Shown here in pieces: positions 26,556-42,105 of a DNA stretch of 64,000 nt; the first letter of the stretch is position 1, and each line of letters opens with the position of its first letter. The stretch lies in NCBI RefSeq assembly GCF_000497125.1, contig NC_090599.1, positions 1,426,001 through 1,490,000 of the forward strand, written 5' to 3'. The notes below the pieces were generated by a model that saw only the letters and a program-made list of their open reading frames with translations, searched no databases and had not been told where the DNA came from. A program made the translations under genes and the position numbers. Source of the stretch: Spironucleus salmonicida (lineage: Eukaryota).

Positions 26556-29500
26556 TCATTCCAAATCTTCTTCATCAAGTCTTGATTTAGTATAACTCAA
26601 TCTATTCATAATTTCTTTGCTTTATTCCATCGATGAATCCAATTATCCTCCAGTAGCTTTAGAAATTAATGCTCTAACAGTCCAAGAATTTTTATGCTTG
26701 TCTAATATCGTAGGGTTAAGTCCAGTGCTTTTTAGCAATGCTCTAGCTGGATCAGCATCCAAGGATGGTACTGGAATTGATTACTAGATAATCCTAGTAG
26801 TCTTTTACACCACTTAATTAGAATTTAATGAAATTGCAGACGACGAAACAGTATCTGTAAAATTAACTGTCGGCATGTACCTCCAAGGATAAGAATTAGG
26901 AGGCGGTATTTCTAATCGCTAATAAGGCATAACTTCAGCTAATGGTGATGATGGGCTTAACTCATTTAGAGTAAGTTTATTTGACTTCTTCTAGGTGATT
27001 GATTTTTCTTTTTCTTAAGTAATTTCACTGAAAAACATTTTTTCCCAATTACTTGGAGGTGCATCTAAAGTAACTCTCTGACACATTCCAAATAACTTAG
27101 AAGTTTTAAAATCATAAATTGTAGCTCTACGAGATTCGCCAATAACCAAAAATGCAGGCTCTTTCGTCCCTGTCAATAATTATAAATAGGAGATCCCCTC
27201 ACGATCGCACCGAACACTATAATTTATAACCAAATTTTCGTGCGCATGCAATAAAGGTATAACTTTACCAGAATACTCTTCGGTGAAAAGTGTTTTTTCA
27301 ATTTTTTGCTCATTGAAGCCCAAAATTATTTCTTGTGGTGGTCCACCTTACGGGTCCTATATATATTTTGTCTTCATTGAAATCTCCTGCGCATTTACAT
27401 TTTTAATCAGCTTAGAAATATCGTACGACGTCACAAATCCCTGCTCATCACCGACAAGCAAAATCTGCTTTTTCTAACAAAATACTACCTAACTAACACT
27501 GACATTGTTCTTTAGACCCTCAAGAGCGATTTTACGAACTGGTAGATTTACTTCTTTACCATTTTACTGCAATTTACGGTATAAAAAGCCCTTTTTTTCG
27601 GTTGTGATGTCTTCTTGCTCAGCAGCAGTCAAGGTTACAAATTTCTCGTCATAATCATCCTCCTATTTCGAGTTTTTAGTATAAAATCGCGACTTCTAGA
27701 AATCTGAAATTATCTTTTTCGTTTTGTCGCTGATCTGCACAGAATTTATTATTTGCTCCGACTTTTTTACATTTTTACCGTTTAAAAGCATATCAGTGAG
27801 ATCAAATTCTACAGGTTTCCTCTTCAATTTCTCATAATCTGCTGCAGTTTTTGACACTAAAACACTCAAATTAGTTTCTAAAAAGTCCAAAAAACAGTTC
27901 CGCGTCACACTGATAATCTGGCAAGCGGCACGTATTTTGACGACCAACTTGCGCATTTTTCCCTGTTTCGTAGCTAGCTAAAGCGTGCTCTACAATGGGC
28001 CCTATATCGCGCTCCTTTTACATAAAATTTGCTTGCAAATAATGAAATTTTTAGGCGTGGACGGGGAGGTGGACGGGAGTTTTGAGGAGTGGAAATTAGA
28101 ATTATTAAGCGGTTGATTTGAACTGGCGAGCGAATTTGTTTGACTAGGGATCGGGATTTTTGACTGGTGAACGGCCTGTGCCGGGGTAGCATTTTCGAGA
28201 TCGTCTGGCGAGAGGTCCGTATTCCCAGCCGTTGAAACGCTCAGACGCGAGTTTGGCATGTTCACGTACGCCCTCCGGAACGCCAAAATCTTGTTATCTT
28301 CGGTGGTGGAAAATGCCGATTCTGGCTGCCTGAATGCTTCCTTTTGTCCGCTTTAGCCCTCTGTTTAGATCGGTTGTGGTGGCATTTTAGACTGCGACTG
28401 CGACGTCGACTGGCGCAAATTCGGTGCTCCAGACTAGAAAATATTCTCAGTTTCGAGGCTCGCATCGTCGTTTTGGAAGTAAATTGAGCTCTTCATCTCT
28501 GGACAGTGGTGGAAAAAGAGGTGCTTGATGAACTCATTTTCGCTGGTCAGCTGGTTTTGGACTGCAACGCTTTCATCGGTGTAGGGGAGCAGGAAACGCT
28601 GCACTGAACGTGCCTTTCTGATATAATTTTCGTACGGGTTGTTGTTGCTTGGAATGGAAATCGGAGCGTAGGAAGAGTGGTTGAATGAGCAAATTAGGAT
28701 GTTTGCCGGAATGAGCGGTCTGACGGTGTAAATAAAGCACTGACCATTTGATAAGCAGATAAAAATAAGCGGTAGAGAGCCCATAAACTTGATTGCAGTG
28801 ACTGCTGATGAATTTGCAAATTTTGGTAGGTAAATTACGCCCTACCTGAGGAATTTGATAGATGAAGTATCGAAAAGTTGAACTCTCGAATCGTTGGTTC
28901 CGATCGCTAAAAGAGCTAGTTCAGGAGAGGCTTCAATAACCGTCACCTGCGACTAGTGGGCTTCCTCATAAGTTTGGTTTTCATTCAAATAGAGTGACAA
29001 CATTTTTTTGTAATATGAGATATTGTTGTTGTCGTTGAATTTGTCTAGACCTTAGTATCCTTAATTTTGTAAAAAATCCGGAATAATCCTCAGGATCTTC
29101 GAATAATCTTATTGGGCTCTAACTTTTCCTAAAAATGCTTGCTTTTACGAAAAGTAAGAAATTGCACGCATTTTAAGCTTATAACAAGGATCTAGCATTT
29201 TTTGCTGGTATGTAATATTCAAGTTCATGAGAATTCGGCTGTTAATTTTGCCAGCAATGTAATCTGCTGAAGGAGAAACTGAAATTGCTCGCACCTCTAA
29301 AGGATTAAGTTAATCATATAGAAATACAACATGACGTTGTGGATCAGAAGCAGTCATCATAGATCTTGTAATACCTTAAATGTTACTTCTAATTTAGTTA
29401 TCTCTTTGAAGAATAATGCTAAGATCTAAGTTAAGGGAATACGACTAAAATCCACCACCAGCACTTTAGGCATTTTGCTACATAGTTTACTAAGCTTTTT

Positions 29501-32387
29501 ATGTTTATTCGTTGAATGGATTACCCACTGAACTTAATGCCAGATCATTTTCAACATTTAGCAGTTATCTACCTAAAACACCAACGCCACTATAATCAAA
29601 TAGGCATCCAGTTTTCCAATAAAATGTAAGAACACCTTTGGTTCCAACAACAAATAAAATTCTTGACTTAATATCAGTAAAAATAGAAAGGATTTTTTGT
29701 CCTAAGATTTATAGAAGATTTTATTTCTCCTTTGCTTTCAACATTTAAATAGGGTCTAATTGTTTAGGTATAGAGCTCACATATTACTTTTTTTGTGTTA
29801 GTAAAGAGTTAATATCTTTAGGGTGATCTATTCTGTCTCTATCTACATTATCAGAGATATGAGAAATATTATTCGCATTTGCTGCAACATGGTTTTCTGT
29901 AAAATACTGTGCATTATCATTTGATTCTATAGTGGTGTATTCAGTTGGTATCTCTTCAGTATCTTATCCGTCTTATGAAATAGTCTTTGAAATAGTTTAA
30001 ATATTAACAACACGAATAGGTTAACCAGATAGCAAACTATAAAAAGTAATTTCAAAATCTCCAGAAATAATCGCAAACTCATGAATCTATTAATTTACAA
30101 CCATACCTTAAATAACAGTCGATATTGATCCAACTGGAACCTTATTACTAACTTTCACACTTGGATCATCTAACTATTCTTCCTTATTTGCCTTTCGTTC
30201 CTCTTTTTCGATATCGTTCAGTATATTCCATACAACACCCGTTTCTCCAATCTCTTCATTAGCAATGGCCTTAATATATAACATATGCTTACCTATTGGA
30301 ATAAAACCCATATCTCTATTAAAATTATAAAAACACTGTCCAAATTTAAGGCCATGAATATTAGGTAGAGATAAAGTTGTTCTTGTTAGATGGGCACCAG
30401 ATATAGCATGGAATAAAGTTACGATATAATCATGATCAACTACTCCAATAATATTACCCATTTGGAATGAAGTTATTATTGGCTACCCTGGTCTTGGTGG
30501 CTAAATCAATCTAATATGTTTTTATGTTTTTAATAACTCACCTTTCATTAATTTTGATTCAGTTATATCAATTTTAACTTTTCCATATTAACTATGCTTA
30601 CCAACTTCTGATGTTGAATAATCAGGGGCATCTTCAGGTAAAATACATTTTCCAATAAACTATTACTAAACCGCCATAGGTCCAATTTAATAAACATTAT
30701 TATATCCAATTGATGTAATATTATCCTATACAACATGAAGAGATACTATACCCTCTTTATGTAACTCTGGGAATGTTGTTATAACATTAAGATACTCATC
30801 ACAAACTGTAATAGAACCGTCGCCTCCTGCAACTACTAATCTAAAATTACCATCAGTAATTTTATTTTCCCAATGACCAAAGTCACCTTAAATTTTTCTT
30901 ACACTTTCATTTACAATATACTATGCACACAAAAATTAAGCATCAACATCAATTTATACACCTCCATGCTTCTTTTCTTTTATTGCGGTTTATAAAGGTC
31001 CAGGTTATGCAATAGATTCTATATAAGCAGTAGGATCTTCAAGAATTACAGAAGATGGCTTAATCTCATGTGACTCCATTGTAGATACATGCGGATTAAA
31101 AATTTTATCTGTTATTAAGTGTTTTATTTCTACATCTTTAGAAGTTAACTGCATCAATTTACTTACATCAATTTTAGAAAGATATCGTTTTCTTTCCTTT
31201 TCTAATTAAGCTTCAGGGTCTTCAATGCTGATATCTACAATTTCTTGTCTAAGTTCTGGATATATTCTGATCAAATCCTCTTTTGGAATTTCATCCAACG
31301 TGATATTCCTGTCCTTGCAGATTTTATGAATTTATTCAATTGGATCCCCGGAAACTAATTATTATTTATTAACTTCTTCTAAAAATGCCATAATTGAATG
31401 TTTTTTCTTTTGTAATTTAATTTTATAAGCTGAAACTGCTCCTGAGTTATGACCAATAAATAGCATTTCTTTTTATGCACACCAATACAAAGATGAGGCC
31501 GGAGATGCTAGTTTTTAAGGCTCTGATGCACCTTATGTCCCTGAAAGTGAAATAAATACAAACAAAGGCTAACGCATACAAACCATTAATAATGGTAAAG
31601 GAGATAATAAAACTGAGCATACAATCGGTGATAATTAATTAATTGGTTAACGACCAATTCCTCTTAATAATTCGTTTCTGTCAAACTCTTCCTCTTTACT
31701 TTATACTTTTAATCCTCCATAAACGTCAATACTCTGTGTATCTACACCCATTGCACTAAGCTTTCTCATAGCTTATGTTTCCAATCTCTCTTTGGTGCGA
31801 TCATCCAGTTTAAAAACTCGTTTTTAAGCAGAATCACCTTATAAAACAGGAGCAGTAGGTTCAAATATAAGTTTTGGAAATAGAAATGTTGAATCAGAAA
31901 CAAAAACTCCTATATCTGTTATAAAATAATAATTTTCGTTGAAAATATGAATAGCTGATATAGTAGTTCCCGGTATTTCAGTAAACTCTGCATTGTTAGG
32001 TAAAATAGATTCGATTAAAACCTTAGCAGTTTTTCCGGATGAACTAGTTGCTGAATGTTGCATTTATTAGAAAATAATCTAACTTTTTGGTAGCTCCTAA
32101 ACTGGATCTGTTGGCTCTTATGATGCTTCTGAATAATATGAAATAAAATCGTTCCAAGTAATAAAACCGTCTGCATCAGAGTCAATTTCTTCAAACATAT
32201 CAATAATAGCGCAAACTATCTCTTCCATTTAATCTTCTGTTTCTAAATAATTTTTAGGAATAAAAGTCTAAATAGTACGTGTAAAATATTCTAAGCTGAT
32301 TAAATTTCCAGAGAATAGTGCTCTGATACTATCTAGATCTTATGGATTAATAATACGAATCAATTCAATAGCTGAAGTAATTGGCAT
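26556..32387 (-). CDS. EF-hand + WD40-repeat protein (WDR49/WDR64/EFCAB8-like, probably flagellar), 1943 aa
   Basis: N-terminal MFEEIDSDADGFITWNDFISYY; WD blades LVVAGGDGSITV, LAIGTNDSRVQLFD, LLVGDEQGFVTSYD. Several ORF-track fragments share this frame. Confidence 0.8.
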
Positions 32388-32541
32388 TGCGGATTAAAAT
32401 TGGGATATTTTAATACTTATAATATAATATATAATACTATTATAATAATATTTTCAATGTACATATTTTCACGGTAATTAATAAATATAAATTACTATTA
32501 CAAAAATCTTCCGTTGTTAACTAAAAGGAATAAAGATGTGT

Positions 32542-33039
32542 TCACATCAAAATTTCATTTCTGCTTTCTGTAACTACCGTTTTATACTCTTCAAAATCAA
32601 GTTAAGTTGGCACAAATAACTTTTTACCTTCCATCTACAATTGTTACTTTTTCTCAGTCTGTTTAATTAATATCAATTCAACATTTATGTTGAGACCTAA
32701 CTACATAACTGCACTTTAAAATTAATTAACTTATATATAGCCTGATTTATCTTAATTTCCACCCAACGCAATCCAACTAAAATGAATTTCGGAATCCATT
32801 TCAGAATCAAAGTTTCTCCTCTTTAACTACTAAATAAGCTAAACTAAATTATTGAAGGTAAGCTGACCATCATTTATAATTTCAGAATCAATTAGTAACG
32901 AAAACAAATCATCGTCAGACAGTTCGATTCCATATTCTTTTAATATTTTACGCAATTACCACATATCGACAGAGTTTTATTTTTTACTATCATGTGAGTC
33001 AAATATCAGTTATAATTAATTTAACTCGTTTTAGTTCAT
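32542..33039 (-). CDS. EF-hand protein resembling outer dynein arm docking complex subunit DC3, 165 aa
   Basis: FDSHDSKKQNSVDMWQLRKIL, DDDLFSLL, WIALGGNQDKSGYI (cf. DC3 FVALGGNxDKTG). Confidence 0.75.
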
Positions 33040-33096
33040 TTAAAATATATTTATAAATATTATTATATAATATTTTTTAATAAATGCAATCAAAAA

Positions 33097-36000
33097 ATGC
33101 AAATTAGAATAGAGCAGACACTTGCAGATATCCAAATTTACCTAGACGCACCACCCCCATCATTGTAGAAGAAATAAATTATTTAAATGACCAATTATCA
33201 GCCCCAAGGTACATAATCAAGACCTAAAAGCATGATATCTCACAAACCTGCAAAATTCGCTATTTAAAGAGCACTAGAGAAGCCTCTACCTAAGTAGATC
33301 ATACCAGTATTAGAAAATGGATCTTTAGCTCCAGGTGTGAACACACGTAAACCAAATTTTCAATAACTTGCAAGAGCTGAAATGAACTCACTGAAAGCGC
33401 TCCCAAATCCATAAATTGAACGATTAAAGTAGTTAAATGCTTATAATAACCCTCATAATTTTTATTCTCCGCTAAACAGGTACCAAACGTAGGATCACTA
33501 CTAGAATTTAACAGTTCATGATATCCAGAAGCACGGCATGTATAACCTGCAGTTAAGACGTGAGTTACCACAGAACTTCGATCTCTCTCCCGTATTAGCT
33601 GTCCCAGGCGAGGATGGAAAAGATATTTTGGTTACAAAAACAGTATCTCCGTAAAAAGTAAAATCCGTCGATTTGAAGCAATCACCGCACCAAAAAGCGT
33701 TTGCAGATATGGCAAGAGTGCGGTTGCAAGACTAAGAAACAGTAGATTTAGAGGTTATGGAAATGGTAAAAACCCGACAGTTACAACAAGTTCAGCTCCA
33801 CGATGAGGACCTAAATCAACTGGACTTAGAAATAGTAGAGGAGAATATTGGGAGCGAAAAGGACGACATTGTGGCCGTTCAGCATTGGACATAAATCACG
33901 CATAAGCGTAACTACAAAACAAGCGAAATCAACAAAATGATGGATATTTTTATTGAATAATAAGAGGAATTAGGATTACAATCTACATTTTAAGATCGTA
34001 TTCTGTTTAATGACGTTTAGCAAAATTTTGAACTGAATATTGCTGATAATGAAATTGTACGAAATGTGGTATATAAGGGACTATTTTAGAAATATGCATT
34101 CGCGTCTGCAGAAATAAGCTATATTATAGGGTAAATAATGTCAGAATGCTAATTTGCTGATGGTATTTTATTAGGGGATATGCTTATTTAGGCAGGTTTG
34201 GATTTATATTTTAATAAAATCATGATTGATAAAAATGGAATAGGCGATATGTTGGTTGAAAGAGTCGTGGATAATACAGCAGAATAATAGCGTAGACTTC
34301 ACGAAGCTAAATTGCGTTAATAATAATTAGAATAAGAAAGAGCCAAGAAAGATTCAGAATTACGTAAAAAACTTGCAGCTGCATTTATCATATAAAATTA
34401 TTTCAAATTTATTTAGTGTAAAGAAAAATTTAGCAGTATAATGTCTCAGAAATTCAGTATTTTAGAATAGAATTTTGTTAAAACATAGGAACGATTCGTT
34501 GTTGATTGTCAGCCGTATTATAGTAGATTAAACAACCATCTATCTGAAAATTAGCACAATTTACAAATGTCCCTTTTTAACTCAATCGATTTGCCTTTAT
34601 TGGATATTGAATTCTGGTATGATCATAGAGACTAACATACAGACTAAAAAATACTCATTTTTGTTTTTATAACAGATGATATGATTATTATTCCAAACAT
34701 TTTATTAGAAGATAAGTAAGAAGATTATATTTTAGATGATAAGATATTGACGTTGTTAATAGATCCTAGGGTTACCCTTTGTGTTATTTCAACCAACGAT
34801 ACCAAGATACCAGAGAGTCCAGTTTTTAACGCGTGTGATGCTATACATAACTAACAAGGCGGTGCATTACATCGATTACATATAATTAATATATAAACTA
34901 TTGATTATATCGGTAAACTTTCTGCATTGAATGTTAGTGTTCCATAGCTTTTTATACTATAGCTTAAAAATAATCTCAACATATTAGCAGATAAAATGTA
35001 AGAATTAATTGACAAAATTTAGCCTGATATAGTATTTTAAACATTAACAACTGAGCAATAATTAAATGTAAGGTTATTTCAAGTCTTAAAAGAAACTCGA
35101 CTTCCTATCCACTAAGTATGCTTTGATTTAATGCGGTTTTCTGGTATTATGACTGCTTTACATGAGACTGCATAAAAAACTTTAATAAAATTTAGATCTA
35201 TTAATCCATATCTTGATATTGAATAATAGTTAATATAATATACATCTAACGAAAATTTTATTGCTCCAACCTATATTTTACGACCAGATCTGATGGTATC
35301 AGCACCAGGTGCAGATTTAGTTTATAATTAACTTGGAGGGATTGGTATAACCCATTACCTTAATAAAGCTCCATTTAAAGTATTTTAAAATGTAAATTCT
35401 ACTGAGTTTTATTAAAAACATGGCGCTGTTTTATGTCCTTACTATACTGAAGCCTAAATATATCGATATTTATCTTTCAATATGACTATTCATGGACAAT
35501 CACCAAGATTTTAATATGTCGAAGAATCAGCAAGATCATATGTTCAGTTTGGTCATACTATGTCCGCAGGATCGTTTTCACCAATAGAATAGTCGTATTG
35601 GAGATTAGTTCCTAAAGAATCATTTGATGTTTTTGTGTTTTAACTAACTGAAACATTGAAAAGATTAAATTATAAAGGAACATTTGAATGTAGCATAGTT
35701 CTCCTCAAGATGGGTTAAAGTTTTTAATTCGAACTTAACTAGTTAACATTTGGTTATACACCTAGATTTTTGACGCATAACAGAACATTACTAGTTAGGG
35801 CTTATAAATGTATAGTGCAAGACAGATCTATTGAAATATCAAGAAATTATTACTTTATGAATGGCCTTCGTAATTAATTCTTCTCAACACTTAGAAATGA
35901 ACTTAAGTTAATAAAGATGAATTAAGTTTATGTTAGTATTTGTTAAAATTTTGGTCTGGATGTTGTGGTTGAAGGTAATACAGAAAAATAGATGTGGGAA

Positions 36001-36174
36001 TACGCAACAGAATTTTTGACTTAAATATAAGCAAAAAGCGGCGGAGAGGCATAAATGAGATAATTATTGGCAGACCATGCAGGAGAGCCTTTGCACTGTG
36101 TTTAATCATATATAGAAAAAATAGGAACTTCACCTTTTTATGTATGTGGAGTTAATAGTGCTTTAGAACAATGA
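33097..36174 (+). CDS. IQCH-like (IQ-motif protein H) protein, 1025 aa
   Basis: LTVHDIQKHGMYNLQLRRELPQNFDLSP (cf. IQCH D..KG..SL.ERG.IP...DL); IQ motif AAFIIQNYFK; degenerate ATP-grasp-like C-terminal region. Confidence 0.7.
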
Positions 36175-36188
36175 TTTGTTTGCTTATT

Positions 36189-36389
36189 TCACTTAATATT
36201 AGACAAATTTCTAATTTACAACTTAGAAGATGTTTTTAACGGAATCAAATCTGGTAGTTTATTTTTATCTTCTATTTCTAATTTTTTAAGCACAAAAGGT
36301 GCTTATTGACTTCGTTATTACTACATCCACTATACAATATTTATCTCACAGTCTTAGTCAGTCTTATTTTATAAATCATTGATATTCAT
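36189..36389 (-). CDS. Small hypothetical protein, 66 aa
   Basis: AAAAATG start, AAGTGA stop, fills the gap exactly. Confidence 0.6.
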
Positions 36390-36488
36390 TTTTTACTTAA
36401 ATATTATTATATTTATTATACACGTCTATATAACCGAAGTTTCAATTTAGTTATTGTAATAAGTGACATAATAGTTTAATATCTTAAG

Positions 36489-37394
36489 ATGGAATAGTGT
36501 TCAATATGTTTTGAAGCCCTATCTTCTAACATTTCTTAATTAACATGCTCTCATATATTTCATAAAAACTGTATTTAGCCTTGGATTAACGAAAATAGCT
36601 CTTGCCCTATTTGTCGATGTCCAGTTTCATTCAATACACTTTAAGTAAGCTATCTTAGATCATTCAATCATGAAGTCAAACAGTTTAAAATTTTCTAACA
36701 CAATTATATTATCTAAACAGATTCAAATCTAATTATAAACCTCAATTGTCATAGCTTCTAGGTATCGATGTCAAGTGTTTTTTCTATTAATTCTTCTTTT
36801 GCTATTATTTCTAGAGGATCAACATTAGAAATACTAACAAAAGATAATACTACAATTATAGCTTGCCCATCATAGTTGTAATTTTAGTAAGAAGTATTTG
36901 ACCTTTAAATTAAGTTTTTAGTTCTTTAAGAATTGGACTTCTTTGCAATATCAGCTGCTAAGATGTTTCATTGCAACTACTATGGAAAGATACTATAAGT
37001 ATATAACTTAAATAGTGCAATCTTATCTGTTAAACTTCCATATATTTTAACTGTTAAGGAATTATCAACTAGACATAAAAATGGATTTAAATTCTTATTT
37101 TAAAATAACTGTTACATTGATTTTGATTATTATGGCGAATATTTTGTTTATTTAAATAATAAATATGATGTATTATTAATAAATAACCAGAAAATTATAT
37201 TTTAAATTCATATTCCAATAGTAAAAGCTGTTTATGTAGGTGCAGAAAAATGTGCAGTGTTTACTGGTATTAATGTTATATTGCTATCCCTAGAAGGGTT
37301 AAATTTAGGATAAATTATATGTTAAGATGCTTAAAAGTAAGGAGATGTTCTTTATGTTTCAAACGATAATTAAATAAGTAGATTACTAATATGA
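36489..37394 (+). CDS. RING-H2 finger protein (putative E3 ligase), 301 aa
   Basis: CSICFE...[26 protein letters not shown]. Confidence 0.9.
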
Positions 37395-37409
37395 TTAAAA
37401 CATTTGATC

Positions 37410-37973
37410 TCACAACATGTCTGCTTCTGGTAGTCTTTCTATTTCGACTCTTCCTCTTTTTGCATATAATAATGGAATACCAGGAATCTTTCTAACACGA
37501 CGACGTAGCTCTCTATCATTAGTTGCTATCATATAGCATCTATGATCTTCGGCTTTTTTACATAAACAATCATCAGCATATCCTATATTTTAATGAGTAC
37601 ATTTTAACCGTTTGACTCTCGGATCTTTAGCTAGCTTAAGTGCAATTCCAAATCTGTGAGCATTTTTTTCTAATTCTGACATGACACAATCTGTAACATA
37701 AAGCGTTACTTTTGCTGATAAACATTTAATACACTCATTGATTAAATCTAATCTATATGTTATTGAATAATTTAAGAAGGATGTATCCATAATAACATGG
37801 TAAGGAGGGCCTAAATCATTATTAACCTAGAAATATTCATCAGCTGCAAGATCTCGTTCTTAAAATTTAATATGGTTATCAAAATTATCATTATATATTT
37901 AATTTGATATCTTTCTCCCGTCGTTCTTAGAAATAACTTTTAATTTTGCTCGTCGTTAGGCGTTTTTACCCAT
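37410..37973 (-). CDS. FCF1: rRNA-processing PIN endonuclease Fcf1/Utp24, 187 aa
   Basis: LGPPYHVIMDTSFLN, VTDCVMSELEK, YADDCL, IATNDRELRRRVRKIPGIP. Confidence 0.95.
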
Positions 37974-37975
37974 TG

Positions 37976-37985
37976 TGGAATGGAA
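37976..37985 (-). promoter_or_regulatory. C-rich upstream element TTCCATTCCA (FCF1)
   Basis: 2 nt before the ATG, in otherwise AT-rich spacer. Confidence 0.6.
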
Positions 37986-38029
37986 AAAGAAAAGATAATA
38001 AAATATAATGAAAGTAAAATAGAATTTGC

Positions 38030-40270
<2,241 letters not shown>

Positions 40271-40277
40271 TTTTTAA

Positions 40278-40287
40278 TGGAAGGGTA
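40278..40287 (-). promoter_or_regulatory. C-rich upstream element TACCCTTCCA (dynamin)
   Basis: 7 nt before the ATG. Confidence 0.55.
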
Positions 40288-40499
40288 ATAAATCGCACAG
40301 ATCTTTTAGAAAATTTATATTAATTATTATATAGCTATATTGAGTTTATATAAATCTATTAATAAACCTACTATAAAAGGTATAATACTATATACCACAC
40401 TTTCATTATTTCATATTGATTTTTATATTCCTATAATATTTTTAAACTAGAATCAAATATATAATTATAAAGATTTAATATTATCAATTTTAATAATAA

Positions 40500-41129
40500 T
40501 CAAATTACTAGGTTTCTCACCACACATCTTACTTCATGGTCTGTTTCAAATTCGCTATCTATTCTGTTTTTACACAGTTAAAAGCTTGCTATCCACATAC
40601 ACCAGAATGTAAAAATAATACTTATGGTAATAATAATAATACTAAACTCTGTAAAAATAATATCTGAATTTGCTTTTACAATTGTAACTGTGGATTTACC
40701 TGGTACTACATTTGTTGTTAAAATTTCACGCTGAATAATTTCTACTGCGCAGTTAGTTTTTGTCACATTACATCTAAATGGAAAACGAGTTTGGGCCTTA
40801 ATATGTAGATTTATATCTGTTGCCTCTGTATCAAAGTTTATAAAATCTGATGTGTATCCTAATGAAGTGTAAACTCTAGCAATAAGTTTGAATTGTTAAG
40901 TTATATCCAGTTCTGCTACATTATTGGCTCTTAAAGTAATACCTAATTAAGGAACAAATTCTGCAAATAAGGGACGTGTGGATGAATACAAACAAAACAT
41001 GCTTATAAGGCAAACCACTGCGATACTAATTATTGTTAGAACACATAATAAGAATATTTTTTATATATATGCAAAAGAACTACGAGGCCCGATAAAAATT
41101 TTTTGAGTAGGCAGTGACTAAAATTTCAT
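40500..41129 (-). CDS. Two-TM protein, candidate divergent TMEM231, 209 aa
   Basis: N-terminal FQSLPTQKIFIGPRSSFAY + TM, beta-rich loop, C-terminal TM then FQLCKNRID. The CDS is solid; the family call is tentative. Confidence 0.7.
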
Positions 41130-41172
41130 TATACATATATAGACTAATAATTATATAATAATAAATAGAATC

Positions 41173-41952
41173 TCATGGCATATATTCCGAAGTGAGCAAA
41201 CCAAATTATATAAATTTGTGTCCCACCTTAGCTAATCGATATCTGACCTATATATCAGTTCTACCTCCTAATTTTTCCGCAATTTGCACCCATTTTTTAG
41301 GCTCGCATTATAAACATGATTCTAATAATCTTTTGTCTTCTGCTTCTGTCCATTTTCCTTTTTTAAGGGAAGGATTACTAACTCTATTCCACCTTTAATT
41401 ACATTAATTTGCTGATTTTTAAACACAATTAGACTAAGAATTAATATATGAAGCCACTTCTTACCATGAAGACAAACCAAATTACGATATTGCTTGTTCT
41501 AATAATTATATTTCAATCTCTGACCAGGTATTTTATTCTGAGCCCTGTGGCCTTTTTTTAACATCAACATTCTGTTTATCTATATCAAACTTGTGACTTT
41601 TCTCCTACTAATTTCTGAAAGCTACTTTCTCTTCTGGAGCTTTTGGTTTTATTGATGGAATCTATAATTATTATTATGAATTCTAACTCGTATCATACAG
41701 ATCTTATCTACCTAAATATTATTAAACCTATTTATCTGATTAAATATCCAGTGATTATATTGATTGTTACAATATCTATAATGATAAATTAGATATTTAC
41801 TCAAATGAAGAAAGTAGACTTTATTACTAAACAATATCAAATTATAGTAAAGGTTCCTCTGTTTCTGTAGGTTCAAATGGTACACACTCTTTGTAATTTT
41901 AATATGTGTACTCCAAACAGTCGATTTCAGGCTTATTTTATTCGTTTTCCAT
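41173..41952 (-). CDS. Myb transcription factor with C-terminal R2R3 repeats, 259 aa
   Basis: TWSEIEIQLLEQAISQFGLSSWQEVA..KSANQCNQRWNRVSNPSLKKGKWTEAEDKRLL..KWVQIAEKLGGRTDIQVRYRL. Confidence 0.93.
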
Positions 41953-42105
41953 TTGTATACTACAAAAAATTGTTTTATTTATTTCTTATTATATATAATA
42001 AATAGAATATACAAATTGTAGATTTTGTTCTAGCTATTTACAAGTTTACCTCTTTTAAAATAATATTAATATTATATAATACTATAAATAGCTATTCGAT
42101 TTATT

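Noticed and set aside
27974-28465. Overlapping Arg-rich minus ORFs (27974-28192, 28262-28465)
   Set aside because: Off-frame ORFs in a GC-rich patch of the EF-hand/WD40 gene.
33084-33380. 98-codon ORF from an upstream ATG overlapping the IQCH-like gene
   Set aside because: Out of frame with the conserved IQCH-like sequence; long spurious ORFs are expected with a single stop codon.
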